A DNA stretch of 58,881 nt, the filler included, from Squatina squatina (Eukaryota): NCBI GenBank assembly GCA_031763465.1. It is 3 parts of 3 records of this genome, joined end to end, with 100 filler letters (N's around TTAATTAATTAA, not from the genome) between each part and the next. Parts side by side here need not be neighbours in the genome. Positions count along the whole stretch, not along the records: positions 16,570 to 35,557 come from JARFOE010000004.1; positions 35,658 to 58,881 come from JARFOE010000068.1; 1 more part is not named here. One strand, written 5' to 3'. Of the stretch, positions 25,301 to 38,737 are shown in pieces. Position numbers and translations under genes: made by a program. The number at the start of each line of letters is the position of its first letter. The first letter of the stretch is position 1. The notes beneath the pieces are model-generated. The model was not told where the DNA came from. It did not search any database and saw nothing but the letters and a program-made list of their open reading frames with translations.

Positions 25301-28300
25301 CAACACCACTTCAAAGTATCTCTTCAGGATATTGTAAGCTTTAAATGTATGGCTATAATTTATGCCTTGCGCAGCTCGTGTTCAATTGCTCTGCAGTGGC
25401 AGCATTAATATGGCTGCAATATAACTTCAATAAATTCAGCCCTGCAGGAACTGCCAATGTCTTGTACTGAATGATTTTGCAGCTCAGGTCCCCAGTGGTA
25501 GAGTCACATTATGGCAGCCATTTCATTGTGACTGGTGAATTCTGATACCCAACTCTTCTTCCCATATTGATTTTAACCCAAACTAGGATCAGGAGTCATA
25601 ATAGAATTATGTATTCCTGAGGCCAGATGTTGCTTGTGTAGACTTTTCATTTAAAAATAACTCTAATAGTGTCCTTTCCAGCATTCCAGAAGGTCAAACC
25701 AATATTAAAAATTATTAGATTTGTAAATATTTTAAAAGTCTTAGCAGCCAATATAAACATTTTCATATGACTGTTTAAAGAACTGAATTCCCAAAAGTTC
25801 AAATGTGTCTTAGATATTTTTTAAATCCCTTGGGTTAGTCAGGCTTTAAAATGAAATGACTGCCTATCAATTATTAACACTGAGTTATTCCACAATAATA
25901 CTCTAAAGAGCACATAATGGCTGTGCAAATTTCTAATTGTCAAAATAACATTCAAAGTGGAAGAGGTAATGGAGTGGTTTTAAGTACTTTACACCCTCTG
26001 CTTAAGACTGCCTTCAGTGACATACATAGTAAACGCACGCTCAGAGACTGGCTACTTTACATAATTTCTCTATTAGCAGGTGAAGACACAGGGAATAAGT
26101 TAGATCGGAGGTCATGGTATTTTTGAGAGAGTTATGATTATCAACTAACATTTTAAAAAGGAAGCAGGGCAGTTAATAGATAAAATTGGAGAAGGATCTC
26201 TCTCTTTTGCCTCCTACCAGCAGCCATGGCTGCTTACCTAGTTATAAACAGTGAGCTGTTTGTTTGCTGATAACAATATGTGTTCACTACATTTTTTAGG
26301 AAACAAGGCTACTGTTATCCATGGAAATATACATGATACTTAAACCAAGATTAAAATTTGATGCCTGTTCATTGTATATCAAAACTACTGCAATTGGTTC
26401 CCTATAAGTTGGCTTGGAATTGGCTAAAAGAAGTGGATTGTGCAGAGTGATAATAACGCACCTGTGCGCTCTCAAAATTACTTCATTTGTAGCGCATTAA
26501 AAGTGTGTACAGTTCTGCTTCCCTTATTCCACATTGACCAAGCCCAATAAAGTATCACTAACACATTTAGTGCAGTTGGCAGAGTTATTTACAAAGCTAT
26601 TAATGTTGATTTTCTAGTTTGAATTCAACTAGTTTGAATTTGTTGATAAAACAGATGAAATTGATAGCCCAGCTGAACTACAGGGAGTCAATGTGTTGTT
26701 GACATATTTGTTTCAACAACTTAATTCCACACAAGAGGAAGAACTGCTCTGTAGCAGCTTCGGAAATGCAATCAGGAAGATTTCCTCTGACTGGTACTTC
26801 TGGAGAAATAATAAATGCATTTTTAAAAAAATGTTTGCAATTTCACTAGAAATACTGAGCAGAGGAGCTCTTCAGAAATAGATTTATATACAGCGAGCAG
26901 TAAAATTCCTTCCCCCATGGTCAGTTGAAACAGCAAGTTTGATATTGATCAGTTGGTTCATAGAATGGGAGTATTTAACTTTTGGNNNNNNNNNNNNNNN
27001 NNNNNNNNNNNNNNNNNNNNNNNNNNNNNNNNNNNNNNNNNNNNNNNNNNNNNNNNNNNNNNNNNNNNNNNNNNNNNNNNNNNNNCATTTAATTTTTTCC
27101 ATTTAAGTCAGGTAGTAATAAAGCCTGGTTGGATTTCAACTTGAATCTCCTCTGTACCCTCTCCATGGAAGTTAGGACCCAGAAACAGGCCATTTGGCCC
27201 ATGCAGTCTGTGTCTGCATTCACCCTCCGCACGAACAGAGGCAGATAGTTCTAACCACATTCACCCTCCCTGTTCCCATATCCCTTTATCCCCTTTTACT
27301 TCAATCACTTTCTTTAATATTGTTATGGGTCCCTGCATCAGCCAGAAAATACATCTGAATTGTTGTTGACCTCATATATAAATACTTGTATAAATATACT
27401 TCAATGCTTTATAGAGATGAGTTTATATACACATTAAAAGTCAGAAATCAGTTAATAATTGCATTTCATTTGGTTATGACTTTTTCCACCATTGCTTTAA
27501 CCACATGGATTCACATTTACTTTTCTCAGCAGATAACATTCCACAATATGTCATTCATTTTTTTCCTTGTATTTCAACCAATCATTACTCATTCACATTT
27601 TGACATTTGTAATGGACTTTTTATTGCGCTTCCCTCCACAGACTTTTCCCTTCGAGGTGCCACTTGCTCCCAGTCCAATTTCCCCATCCCGACACTGACT
27701 AAGCAGATAGGGCAGTCAATGTTCCAGACATCACCAGAACTAGCTTTGCTCTATGATTGCAGAACAAATTGAGATAATCAGTCAATTTCTTGCCACTTCC
27801 TCTACCCGAAAGGCAAAAACTGAAGTGGAATCATTCACTCGCATGAAGCATTCCATCTAACAGCTGGGACTCAAACCTCCAGCTGGATATCTGCCACTTT
27901 TCTGCTTAAACTGCTGGGCCACTTGTCATTTACAGTGCATTTCTCCCTCATTATTATATGGTGGAACTGCAATTCAATCTTTCAATCTGGTGATAAAGAC
28001 ACATTGGTTTAACAATGATTTTCACGATTTTATTATAACTATAATTACTGAGCTAATGCAGAATACTATCAAAACATCAATCAGAGCACAGTACTCAGTA
28101 CCAGAGGCAAGTAGCTTCAGGAACTGATTGTACAACAAATCTAATTAATGATTTTATATTGCAACCATGAGCATTTTCCCAAAGAAACAATAAGAGTGCA
28201 AGCGGACAGAAAAACACACTGGCTCAGCCAGGGCGAGATTTTCATGCGTGTAAGCATTCCTGTTGTGATAAAGCAAACCTTTTCACATTTGATTCAAGGA

Positions 28301-28783
28301 ACTGACATAATAGTGCATTGTTTTTATGTTGTGCTTTTTATATTTTTACACAGAGTATAAGCATAAAGTGTACCAAACTTAAAAAAAACTCCACGAAGAC
28401 ATGGAGGCATTATAAACCCATAGAGTGCTCAAATATAGGTGGTGGAGATTTTCAGTCGTGAGTTAGCCATATACTTGGGGGCATAAGGATGGGTAAAACT
28501 GGCAAGCACATCTGTCACAGGCCATGGAGGGAAGCCTGTCCACACTTCAGTCCATGTTCGCTGCCCTGTTAATGCTGATACAGCTGCTCTGAATCACAGG
28601 TTTCTTGAGTTCTAAAGCAACTGAACCATGTTGGTAACGGTAAAAAGAATTTTATTGATAGTGTGAGGCTGGTGATAATGTATGTCTGGAGCTCTGCCTT
28701 ACTCATCTTCAGTGCCATGCAAGGAAACAGTGAAAACGTGGCTCCTGCTTGCCTCACTGTTGAATAGGGTGTCTACACTATAA

Positions 28784-29058
28784 AGAAAGAAAGACTTGTA
28801 TTTTTATAGCGCCTTTCACGGTCACCGTACGTCCCAAAGCGCTTTACAGCCAAGGAAGTACTTTCGAAGTGTAGCCACTGTTATAATGTAGGAAAAGGGA
28901 CCGTCAATATGCGCACAGCAAGCTCCCACAAACAGCAATGTGATAATGAGCAGATCATCTGTTTTAGTGATGTTGATTGAGGGATAAATATTGGCCAGGG
29001 CACCTGGGAGAACTCCCCAGCTCTTCTTCGAAATAGTGCCATGGGATTTTTTACGTCA
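28784..29058 (-). mobile_element. DeuSINE 3' half with (AAAG)n tail
   Basis: aaagaaagaaagacttgtatttttatagcgcctttcacg...gtgccatgggatttttt. Confidence 0.85.
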
Positions 29059-29059
29059 G

Positions 29060-29640
29060 AGCGTGTGAGGGTGATGTGCAGCATATGAACGTTATTCCTG
29101 AGTACTGATTGATCGAGATTGTTAGTAGGTGAGTGATGGAGGTGTGGTGAATTGAAAGTGGCTGAGGCTGGTGGTGCAGTTGGTGGGAGATGGCATTTGA
29201 AGGTGCATTCACTCATCTTGACAACTCGTGTGAGGTCATTAAACTTCATCCTGCACTGCAGCCGGGTCCTCGAAACAATAATGCTGGCATTCACCTGCTC
29301 AGTCACCTCTCTTCATTGCTGCTGGCTAATTTGGCAGGGCATGCCACCCCATCCGAGGGGAAAAGGAACTCCTTCATGATGCCATTGCTCTATGAACCCC
29401 ACGACAGCTGCATCAGCGAAGTGGGGGGCCTTGCATAACATCATACTGCTTGCTGCTTAATAACTCGCTGTTTACTGACCAACTTTGAAAAGTGCAATTC
29501 ACCTGTAAGGGGATACAGGCTGTCGTTAATTAGTGCTGGCAGCTCATCCATTCAATGTAAATAAATCCCAAACATGAAAATCAATCGGGCCTCACGCCAA
29601 CTGCATCGAGTGGGCAGAGCAGTCAGTCCCATTGCCCGTC
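29060..29640 (-). mobile_element. Harbinger Myb/SANT-like accessory gene remnant
   Basis: EQVNASIIVSRTRLQCRMKFNDLTRVVK is a trihelix/Myb-like helix motif. Confidence 0.7.
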
Positions 29641-30019
29641 CAATATATGCTGGAACCAAATCTCACCCCCACAGTTTCCAGTGTCATTGTTGATGATTGG
29701 CCAGTTTATTGTTCACCCTGGAAACGCTTCTCCAGATTACTTCATGCATCAGTTTACATTTTGGTTCATACAGAATGCCTTTTGTGCGGGCACAAGAAAC
29801 AGTATCTGGAGTGCAGATGAATCATAAGAGGATCTCTGTCATCTCTAAATATTAAACAAAATCATTTTAAAAAGAGCTCTGCATGAATTTTTTCTGTACT
29901 GGTTGGTAAATGATTTATNNNNNNNNNNNNNNNNNNNNNNNNNNNNNNNNNNNNNNNNNNNNNNNNNNNNNNNNNNNNNNNNNNNNNNNNNNNNNNNNNN
30001 NNNNNNNNNNNNNNNNNNA

Positions 30020-31340
30020 TGATGCCCTGACACTGACACTCCGTCATTGTCGCTGCTCATGCCTGTCACCCAGGCACCCCCGACTGGCACAGCTCAGCCT
30101 GAGCTGCCGCAGTCTGCAGCTGGCAGAAATCGTCCAGGGCATCCTACAAAGCCACCTCTTGTCTCAGGAACTGACACACAGCAGCTTTGCACCAGCCATA
30201 CAGCAACCACAGGGCAAACATTGAGGAGGAATCAGAGAATAGGTCAATGAAAGAGGGGTTATAATGATGTGCACAAGGATGAAGCAGCATAACTGCCTTC
30301 ATAATTGTATTTGATTTTGATATAAAGATTGATGTTATTCTTTATTCAGTGCTGCATTGACTTTTGTCAGGTCAGTGGCTCAATGTGTGAGGGGTGCCTG
30401 CAAGATATATTGGTGTGGACTGGAGTGAATGCCAAGTGGCTTGCCATTCAGGTGAAGCGGTTCGGGTATGAGGTTGTGGCAAGCTTCCCAAGCTGTGTCA
30501 CAGCAGGTTCTGCGCCTCCTCCGTCGATCCTGCTGCTGCTCCTTGTCCTTGAAATGAGCCATTGGCAAAAAAAATTCGAAGCTATTGTGACCTTCACTGC
30601 CACAGAGAAAGCTCTTCTGGCCCTCATATGTGGCTGAAGGTCCGCTTCCAGCACGTGGCAGATCTCATTGATGACAACCTTCCTGAAACACAGTCTTCGA
30701 AGACATTGCTCCTCAGTGAAGTAGATGTATGAGAACTGCTGACGGAAGACTCTGGCAGCGTATGGTCTCCTGTTGGTATTCCTGCGCCTTCTCCCTCCAT
30801 TGGCACGATGCTCTGAAGAAGCATGTGATTGAGCATTATCAGCCTGTGCCTGACCCTCTTGGTGGTCAGCCCTTGCAGTATTCTGCAGTCACCTCATGTC
30901 CCTCCTTTGCTGCCGACGCCTCTGCCTAATGTCTGATCCCGGAGGTGGTGCTGATGTATCAGCCAGTCAATAGGCAGAAGATCACCCATGCTTGCAACTC
31001 CCCCTTGACCTGTTCAATTTCGTAATGCCTGAAATCTACAGCACAAATGAGCATTCAAATTGAAGTATCGGGCCACAACTGAAAAATAGCGCCCATGACG
31101 CGCCCATTAAATGACAGAGGCACTGTGACCGGCTGGGCAGCACCACGATTTCAGAGCAGTGGCAGCGCGCCTGTTTTGCATCGGGGGCGCTAACGAATTC
31201 GGGGGCTCAGAGCTCACACTCAGCGCTGTGCACAGTGATGGCGTCACCTTCACTGTGCGCCGCTGCTACTCATGCCGCTGGCGGAAACTGGCACAAACTC
31301 TTTGGACGTCAAACAAAGGCCCACCAATTCTGTGAATGGT
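30020..31340 (-). mobile_element. Internally deleted Harbinger element
   Basis: Minus strand about 30790-30565 reads RRPYAARVFRQQFSYIYFTEEQCLRRLCFRKVVINEICHVLEADLQP...VAVKVTIASNFF (Harbinger transposase N-terminus), then passes to a C-terminal-like tail. Confidence 0.75.
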
Positions 31341-34300
31341 AGCACCGCCAGCGGGCACAAAGGCCTTAGCGCCATGTTAGTGCTGCTTTTCCTGGGATTT
31401 GAGGACACCAATTGGGACCCCCGATTGGGACTCCCTATATTCAAGAGAAACTAGGATATGTCATTATATGAGGAGAGTAGTATTTTTTCAAGTATATGAA
31501 GCCTCTGAAGACAGAGACAGACCCTAATGTAAGGAGCTTGGAAGAAGGTAATCCGTGGTTCTTTGGCCCAGTGGATATTCCATTCTAGATGTAGTGTTTA
31601 TATATGAGTAAACTGTTGCAGCTTAACTTAAAATCCTTTAGAAGCTCATTTACACTCCAAACCTTATTTGGAAATCCGTATTCAAACATCTCGTACTCAG
31701 AACCTCTTGTTTGCGGGCAGGGGAAACATTTACTGGCGGTCTCAGAGGTCCCCAGGGTATCTGAGACAAGTCCAGCTTAATCCAGGCACACGGCACAGGA
31801 ATTTGATGAAAGTAGACCAAGGTCCATCTGGATTTCCATCGACCATCCTAGGAGTCACATGACACAACGACAATGGAGTTGTTGACTAATCATTGCAGGC
31901 AATCTCTATCAATTAGTCTCTAACAGAACCAGGCATGACGCAAAGAAATCATCCGTCCATGGAACGGCTCAACTTGTGTCCAATGGGGTAAAGAAGATGC
32001 CAAAGACATCTGGGGAAGAATCCTTTCCTTCATCACTCAAGAATGTCTCTTGAAGTCAAGTGATGCTTGCACTTTCTGGTTTCATCTACAGTCTGGGTTA
32101 TGCTGTCTTCTCAATCAAGGAAGATAGTACGGTGGGACAGAGCTAACTTGGGGGTGAGACAAAGAATGACCATCAACATTAACAACTGTACTAAATAATA
32201 AAATGATCCTACTAATTTATTTTCGATGTTAAACTACAAGTCAAAAAAATGATTTTCAGCCTTTTTAAAATCGTCTTAATCAACTGAAGTAAACAATTTG
32301 GGATCACACTGATTTACTAAAAGCGAGATCATATTTCAGCAGATTTATAATGTTTTGAAGCCACATATGAAGGAATATAATGGTTAAATCATCCAGAAAA
32401 CTCCTGAATGATTGCATAATGCCAAAAATGCATTTATGTCCAGCATTCTGCACCTTATAAGTATTGCTGTGCAGTTTGCTATTTTGAAATGAGTTTCCAT
32501 TTGTACCTTCACACCAATCATTCAGGTAATCAGCCACATAGAAAATCAGACACAAGACAGTATGCGTATAATAAACTGAAGGTGATGGACTGTAAAAAAA
32601 TGTATTATCACATCAACTGTCTTCCTTGGCACATTTGGAATTTCTGCTGTGAATTAGGGTGATCTTTCTGGGATTATAATAGCAATGGACACATCTGGCA
32701 ATTACTAACACATTTCACAGGAACCTGCATCTGTTTATTGAAGGAAATATTAAGTAAGCATCCGCGTTTGCTGTGGCAACTTAAAATAACAATGATAATT
32801 GCTGCATATTTCTTTCTTTTGGTATTATGTAAAGCGGTCATGAAATACATTTAATCTTGTAATGGATTTAAGCAAGCTAAAACAGAAATTCATCACTGTT
32901 TTTACCATATGTATTTGCACTATAAAAGTATAAAAATGCCAAAATCTAGAATATGAGTATGAGAACCTTTCATTTGAGAGCATTGGGGGAAGCTTCTATG
33001 ATGCAGCACGAAACTGAAAGAGAATATTTTCAAAACTGAGGTACTTCCTATGAAAATTATAAACATTTTATAAATCATCATAAACCTTCAGAATTTTAGA
33101 AGTAAACTATGAANNNNNNNNNNNNNNNNNNNNNNNNNNNNNNNNNNNNNNNNNNNNNNNNNNNNNNNNNNNNNNNNNNNNNNNNNNNNNNNNNNNNNNN
33201 NNNNNNNNNNNNNCGCTAGATGGCTTTGAATTACAGTACGGTCGGATTTTTGAATTCAGGCTGTACCAGAATACTTCCCACATGGATATTATTTTCTCCA
33301 TTGATCAGCCCTGTTTACTGTTTTCTGCACCTTTTTAGTGCATTGTTTACAAGTGTAAATTTACATCTAAAAAACACAAGAAGTCAGCGTTTTAATATAT
33401 CAGATTGGCTGTGGGATGCAAGCTAATTGATTAGCTATAATTTTTAAAATGTCATTGCAAACTGTGTGAAATCGTCATGTGGCAAAGCAGACAGTACGGC
33501 GATTTCGTGTTGTTGATCAATGTTCCCTTCAGTATTGCTGTTTCTGTGAAAATATTAGCATCATACATCATCTTTCAAGGACGTGTTTTTTAGTTTTTAT
33601 TAGGGCCCCACTAGGTAACTCATTGCATTATCTGCAACCAAAAAATTCCCTCTAGCTTGTAATGATTACACTGTCGCTGACCATGAACAATGTAATCGAT
33701 CGCATTCGCCTTTCATTTAACTGATTGGGTTATAGTGTATTTTTAATAAACATTTTCATCTCTATTCAGCCCATCTGTATTGAGTAAATGCACAACGTGT
33801 GTCTGGTATAATTAAGAGGTATAATTTCAGCAAGATTTGGCCCATTAATGCTGTACAGTACTAGTGGTAACGTTTGTCATGGTAACCTTGCAGAGGTTTT
33901 TTGTCTCCACAGAAGGGTATAGGTTAACAGCCCCGGTTCTTTACTGTGATTACCTTTTAGGATCAAGTGGTTGTAAATTGGAGATTATATTTACAGGGTT
34001 TGTACGTAAAACCATTTAACACATTTTTCTTTGCTTTTGGATTTGACAAGGATGTGAAAAGGAGATCCAGTGCATACAGTTCTGAGTAGTTTTGTATAAA
34101 TGATGCTGTTTGGCGTTGTTATATTTTTAGTAAGACTGATTGTCTGGGCAGAAGCTAGTGGCTTTATAACTCTGAATCTTGATTTTTGAAAAGTTTATGG
34201 CAAATGCATTATTTAGTGGATATTGGTCTAGCCAGTTGTCAAAGTGAACATGGATTACTTATAGCCAGAACCAAAATATTTAGCACAGTTTATCCATTTA

Positions 34301-35557
34301 TTATTTCATGCATATTGTAATGGTAAACTGTCAATCTCAGGAATACTTATGCAGAATTATTGGAATACAAGCAAGAATTTTGAATGAAAGTCTAGCTGTA
34401 ACAAATCTACAGAGGCTGTAGAATATTGAAACTAAAATATGTTTTCTAGAAGTCTATATGATTCTATTTGCTGTTACTTTTTCAATGTTCATTGACCTTT
34501 TCTTTTGGTATAGTGTCTGAAGTAAAGTAGGTCCTACTGTATGATGCTTTTTTATTTCAATATAACTGTTGAAAAATTGCTCAGAAGTGCTGAAGGGAAA
34601 GAAGTTATCCTTGATGTTCTACTAGCCTTAAGTAAGCTCAGTCTTTAGACTTAGAAGTTGTCAGGGCAACGGTTGATTATCTCCAGTCTTCAGTGAATGG
34701 AAGGAATTGAGTGTCTTGCTCTGTAACCGTGTTACTAACAGTGGCAGCTGTGCTCTCAGCAGAGCAAATGCATCTTGTCTTATGACTTAAGAAAACCTTT
34801 AATCTGGCAGCATTGAAAAGCGTTCTTATTTTAGTTCAGTTTTTAAAAAATTAAATGTTAAGGATCATGTATCAATTTCTAAAAACAGCTAAAATTGTGA
34901 CAGCGTTCAACTAGACATGTAGTATGATGCAGCAGAAAGTTGCTTCAGGGCTAGTTTGTGTCAGTCTGCTTAATCTTCCTCTGGATAGTATTAGCTGTAG
35001 ACCTTGAAACTGGGGAAGCAAACTATTGACTAATAGACTCTTTGTAGTGACATGTTGTACATCAGAACAGGCTGCAAATTCCAGTGGCAAGGCTGAACTG
35101 AATGGGCTGTGGAGGCTCTTTGGCTGTTTAGTCCAAACAGTTATCATGCTACTTCGAAGCAGTAATGAATATGACCTGCCTTGTTAAATGCAGGACAGTG
35201 AATCTTTAGAGTGCTGTAACTTAAATCAACTATAATTTTTAGGCACTTAGCCAATCAAGGAATATTTGGGAGTACACTTCTACAGGTGCTGTTTTTTGGA
35301 GGGGTGGTTATGAAAATTATGTAGCTGAAGTAAAATAACAGACATTTTATTCATTGTTAAATATAAAATTTTGCAGCTTAGCTTGTTAAAAAGGCTTAAT
35401 TACAGAAGGTTAAAGGTTGGTTTTATTATGACCAAGAAAAAGCATAAATATTCTGATACCACATGTAAACTGTGGGGGCTCTTGTAACTGCTATTTGCCC
35501 CAAAACCCTGGTTTTAAGGTACCTATTTTCTGGAACAAATTATATTAATTTTTTTTA

Positions 35558-35657
35558 NNNNNNNNNNNNNNNNNNNNNNNNNNNNNNNNNNNNNNNNNNN
35601 NTTAATTAATTAANNNNNNNNNNNNNNNNNNNNNNNNNNNNNNNNNNNNNNNNNNNN
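35558..35657. other. Second artificial scaffold-joining spacer (44N-TTAATTAATTAA-44N)
   Basis: Identical geometry to the spacer at 16470-16569. Confidence 0.95.
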
Positions 35658-36829
35658 CGCTGCCACCAGTTACTGCTCAGAACAACTAGATTCAAAGTTT
35701 GCTTGTTGGTTGTGCAATCTATCTTGGAAATATAAATGAAAATTCTTTCTTTCTACAGATTCCTGATCCAAGATAATGGTTATATATTTCCGCAATCTCC
35801 ATTTGGTTCAAAGAATTTATCATTTCTATATATCCTGATCCACTGCAAGATTCAAACCCACGTTCTCCCAGCAGATTCCTTGAACACATGCCTGTCTGCT
35901 TCCAAGCAAAATCCATCACTTGGAAGGGTGGCGAGGGCTAAAGTGCGCACACTATACCTGTNNNNNNNNNNGCAATATGGTAAGGCACCTGCATATTTAA
36001 CACCTTTAATCTATTTACCAACAAGTCACGCAGCCAATGCAAAGGAACACATTCAAAAACTACTGCAACCAATAGCTATTCAGAAATTCTCTGCATTAAA
36101 TAGCAATTGATAAAATAGCAACTGATAAAATAGCAACTCTAATTTCACAGAGTCCTGAAAAGGAAGTTCACGAAGCGAGAGGCCAACCCTCGCTTGTGAC
36201 TGGACCAGCTCCAACACAATCGAGACCAATGTCGAGTCACCAGTTAGCTGATGACAGCTTAAAAGCCACTTCCTGCACTCACAACTGACACATCTCTTTG
36301 GAAGGTTTGCCTTTCAATATGCTCTCCAGACTTTTATTTGTACAATGCCTCATTTTGCATCTCAAAGCACTTTGCATCCAACAAATTGCTTTCAAAGCTT
36401 TTTACATCAACAATAATACTCAGTTTATTTATCCTTGACCGACTTGTACATGATTCCCAGTCTTCAACTTTCTGACTCCCTGTATATTACGATGGCCTGT
36501 GTACCTTCCTCTGTTTCAAATGTTTACCCACTCCTGATGCAATGGTGTGTGTGTCAACCACTTACTGTGGTAAAGCAATCCAACAAACCTGAAGAAATTA
36601 ATTTCTAACCTCTCCCCTCACTCTCAGCGACTAATATTTAATTGATGATTCCCAGAGGAAATCATCTTTCCCATTCACCCCTATTAAAAATCCACCCAGT
36701 ACCTCATGGCTCTTCTCCTTTAGATTCCCATCTATTAAAAACTCTACAGAAATGGAAGTGTTATTTTATTAAGATGACAATTGTGGACAGTCTTTAGCAG
36801 TGAATGAATAGGACGCTAGTGTTCAAGAC

Positions 36830-37044
36830 TGAGCCATAGCTCAGTGGGTAGCACTCTTGCCTCTCAGGCTGAAGGTTGTGGGTTCAAGCCTCACTCCAGA
36901 GACTTGAGCACATAATCCAGGCTGACACTCCCAGGGCCAGTACCGAGGGAGCGCTGCACTGTCGGAGGGGCCAGTACCGAGGGAGCGCTGCACTGTCGGA
37001 GGGGCCAGTACCGAGGGAGCGCTGCACTGTCGGAGGGGCCAGTA
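36830..37044 (+). mobile_element. DeuSINE head with internal tandem amplification
   Basis: gccatagctcagtgggtagcactc...gggttcaagcc (A- and B-box-like) followed by the 35-bp repeats. Confidence 0.85.
36933..37044. repeat. 35-bp tandem repeat inside a SINE (GGGCCAGTACCGAGGGAGCGCTGCACTGTCGGAGG), about 3 visible copies, then a gap
   Basis: Identical units. The unit corresponds to a segment that occurs once in other SINE copies in this window. Confidence 0.92.
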
Positions 37045-37144
37045 NNNNNNNNNNNNNNNNNNNNNNNNNNNNNNNNNNNNNNNNNNNNNNNNNNNNNNNN
37101 NNNNNNNNNNNNNNNNNNNNNNNNNNNNNNNNNNNNNNNNNNNN

Positions 37145-37335
37145 GATCATCTCTCATTCTTCTAAACTCTAGAGAATACAGGCCCAGTCTACTCAATCTC
37201 TCCTCATACGACAATCCCGCCGTCCCAGGAATCAGTCTGGTGAACCTTTGTTGCACTCCCTCTATGGCAAGTATATCCTTTCTTAGGTAAGGAGATCAAA
37301 ATTGTACACAATACTCCAGGTGCGGTCTCACCAAG
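37145..37335 (-). mobile_element. CR1 LINE fragment
   Basis: QQRFTRLIPGTAGLSYEERLSRLGLYSLEFRRMRDD. Confidence 0.85.
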
Positions 37336-37339
37336 ATTG

Positions 37340-37985
37340 TTGGTCGTTGAATAATGGGGTGTGGTGCATTGAGCAGTGTGTGAGGCTAGTGGTGCAGATG
37401 GCGGGATATGGTATTTGCTGACTCACCTTGACCTGCCGTGTGAATTCATAAACAACTTTCCGTACTGAATGGCTGACCTTGGGACCACAGTGCTGGCCGT
37501 CACATGAGCAGCTATCTTCTGCCTGGATCTTCGAGAGGTGTGTGGCGAGGGCTCCCTGCCAGTGTGTGAGAAGAGGACAGCTCGCCTTCTCTCCTCGGTC
37601 ACGGCCAGAGCCTCAATAGCTATATCTGAGAATCTGCGGGCTCTCTCCCTGTGCTGAGGCTCCACCATGTGTTTCCACTACCGTCACCTTCCAGCAAAAG
37701 TTGTGAGTGGATTTACATTGAGGTGCTGTAGCATCAATGCACCTCCCTTTTCAGAACGAAATAAAACCTGTGCCACACATGACTGGGAATTAGATTGGAC
37801 TCGATATTGGCCCACCTGGTGAGCAGTAAGCCAACGAGCAGTGGTTTTAGCTAAGATCAAGACTACAATCATGGTAATGGGGACTGAGCATGAATTTTGC
37901 GTGCTACCTAGACCATTTTGACCTGGCGCAGCTTAACGGGCCTTAACACTGCTCGTTTCATGGCCACGTACAATTTCTTCGCCGA
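37340..37985 (-). mobile_element. Second Harbinger Myb/SANT-like gene remnant
   Basis: RERARRFSDIAIEAL...ERRRAVLF...IAAHVTA..VVPRS, ending in AAG|GTGAGT. Shares the flank ggtgcag.tgg.ggga.atgg.atttg with 29172-29198. Confidence 0.7.
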
Positions 37986-38604
37986 AAACTTTTCTATGTT
38001 TCTGTCATACTTTCTTCCTGCCACATGAGGGCATATTTTACCCATTTGAGAATCTGCCTCATTTTATCCAAAATTAGACTGTGCAGGATGATCTAAATTG
38101 TGTTCTCTTTCAATTGTTTGTGCTACGAATCTAATACTGCTCCAGCTGATTTATTTATTTATTTATTTTTGTGAAGTTTGTGTGTATCGGGGCTTGGTGC
38201 TCGAAATGGAACATCTCAGTTTCAACTTCAGGCACTGGCCAGGCACAGTCCGCCGAGATATAGAGCAAAGCTCTCTCTACCCCAGCAACAGCCCTCTGCC
38301 GTAACTTCAGAAGAGCACCTGCCTGGCACATTCTTTCATTTCCCACACTAGACATTCTGTGGCCTCTCTAAGGGCACATTTACACTACAGCTGTAGCTTC
38401 GGTGTGAGGGGCTTTCACTTCACACCAACACTACGATTGTCATGCACATGGAGCCTGAATCTAGAATCAGCCTGACCTGACACTGGAAGCGGGAGTCACA
38501 CTCCCCTTCGTTTTGGAATCAGTTTGAGCCTTAACGTCTGATTTGCATTGCACAAGTTTAGCACTGGTGCAAAATCAAAACCATTTTGTGCCAATGCCAA
38601 TACT

Positions 38605-38737
38605 AAAGCAAAATATTGCGGATGCTGGAAATCTAAAATAAAAACAGAAAATGCAAGAAATACTTAGCAAGTCAGGCAACATCTGTAGAGAGAGAAACAG
38701 AGTTAACGTTCAGATTGATCACCCTTTGTCAAAACTG
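38605..38737. mobile_element. Penelope-type terminal repeat (pLTR) remnant
   Basis: gcggatgctggaaatct...gtcaggcaacatctgtagagagagaaacagagttaacgtt, shared with 39188-39380 and 43838-43960. Confidence 0.7.

Noticed and set aside
27641-27772. Possible terminal exon after a pyrimidine tract and CAG
   Set aside because: No recognisable homology in any frame, and it does not resemble a pecanex C-terminus that I can recall.
36830-36900. tRNA gene
   Set aside because: The A/B-box-like head continues into a SINE body, and I see no complete cloverleaf.
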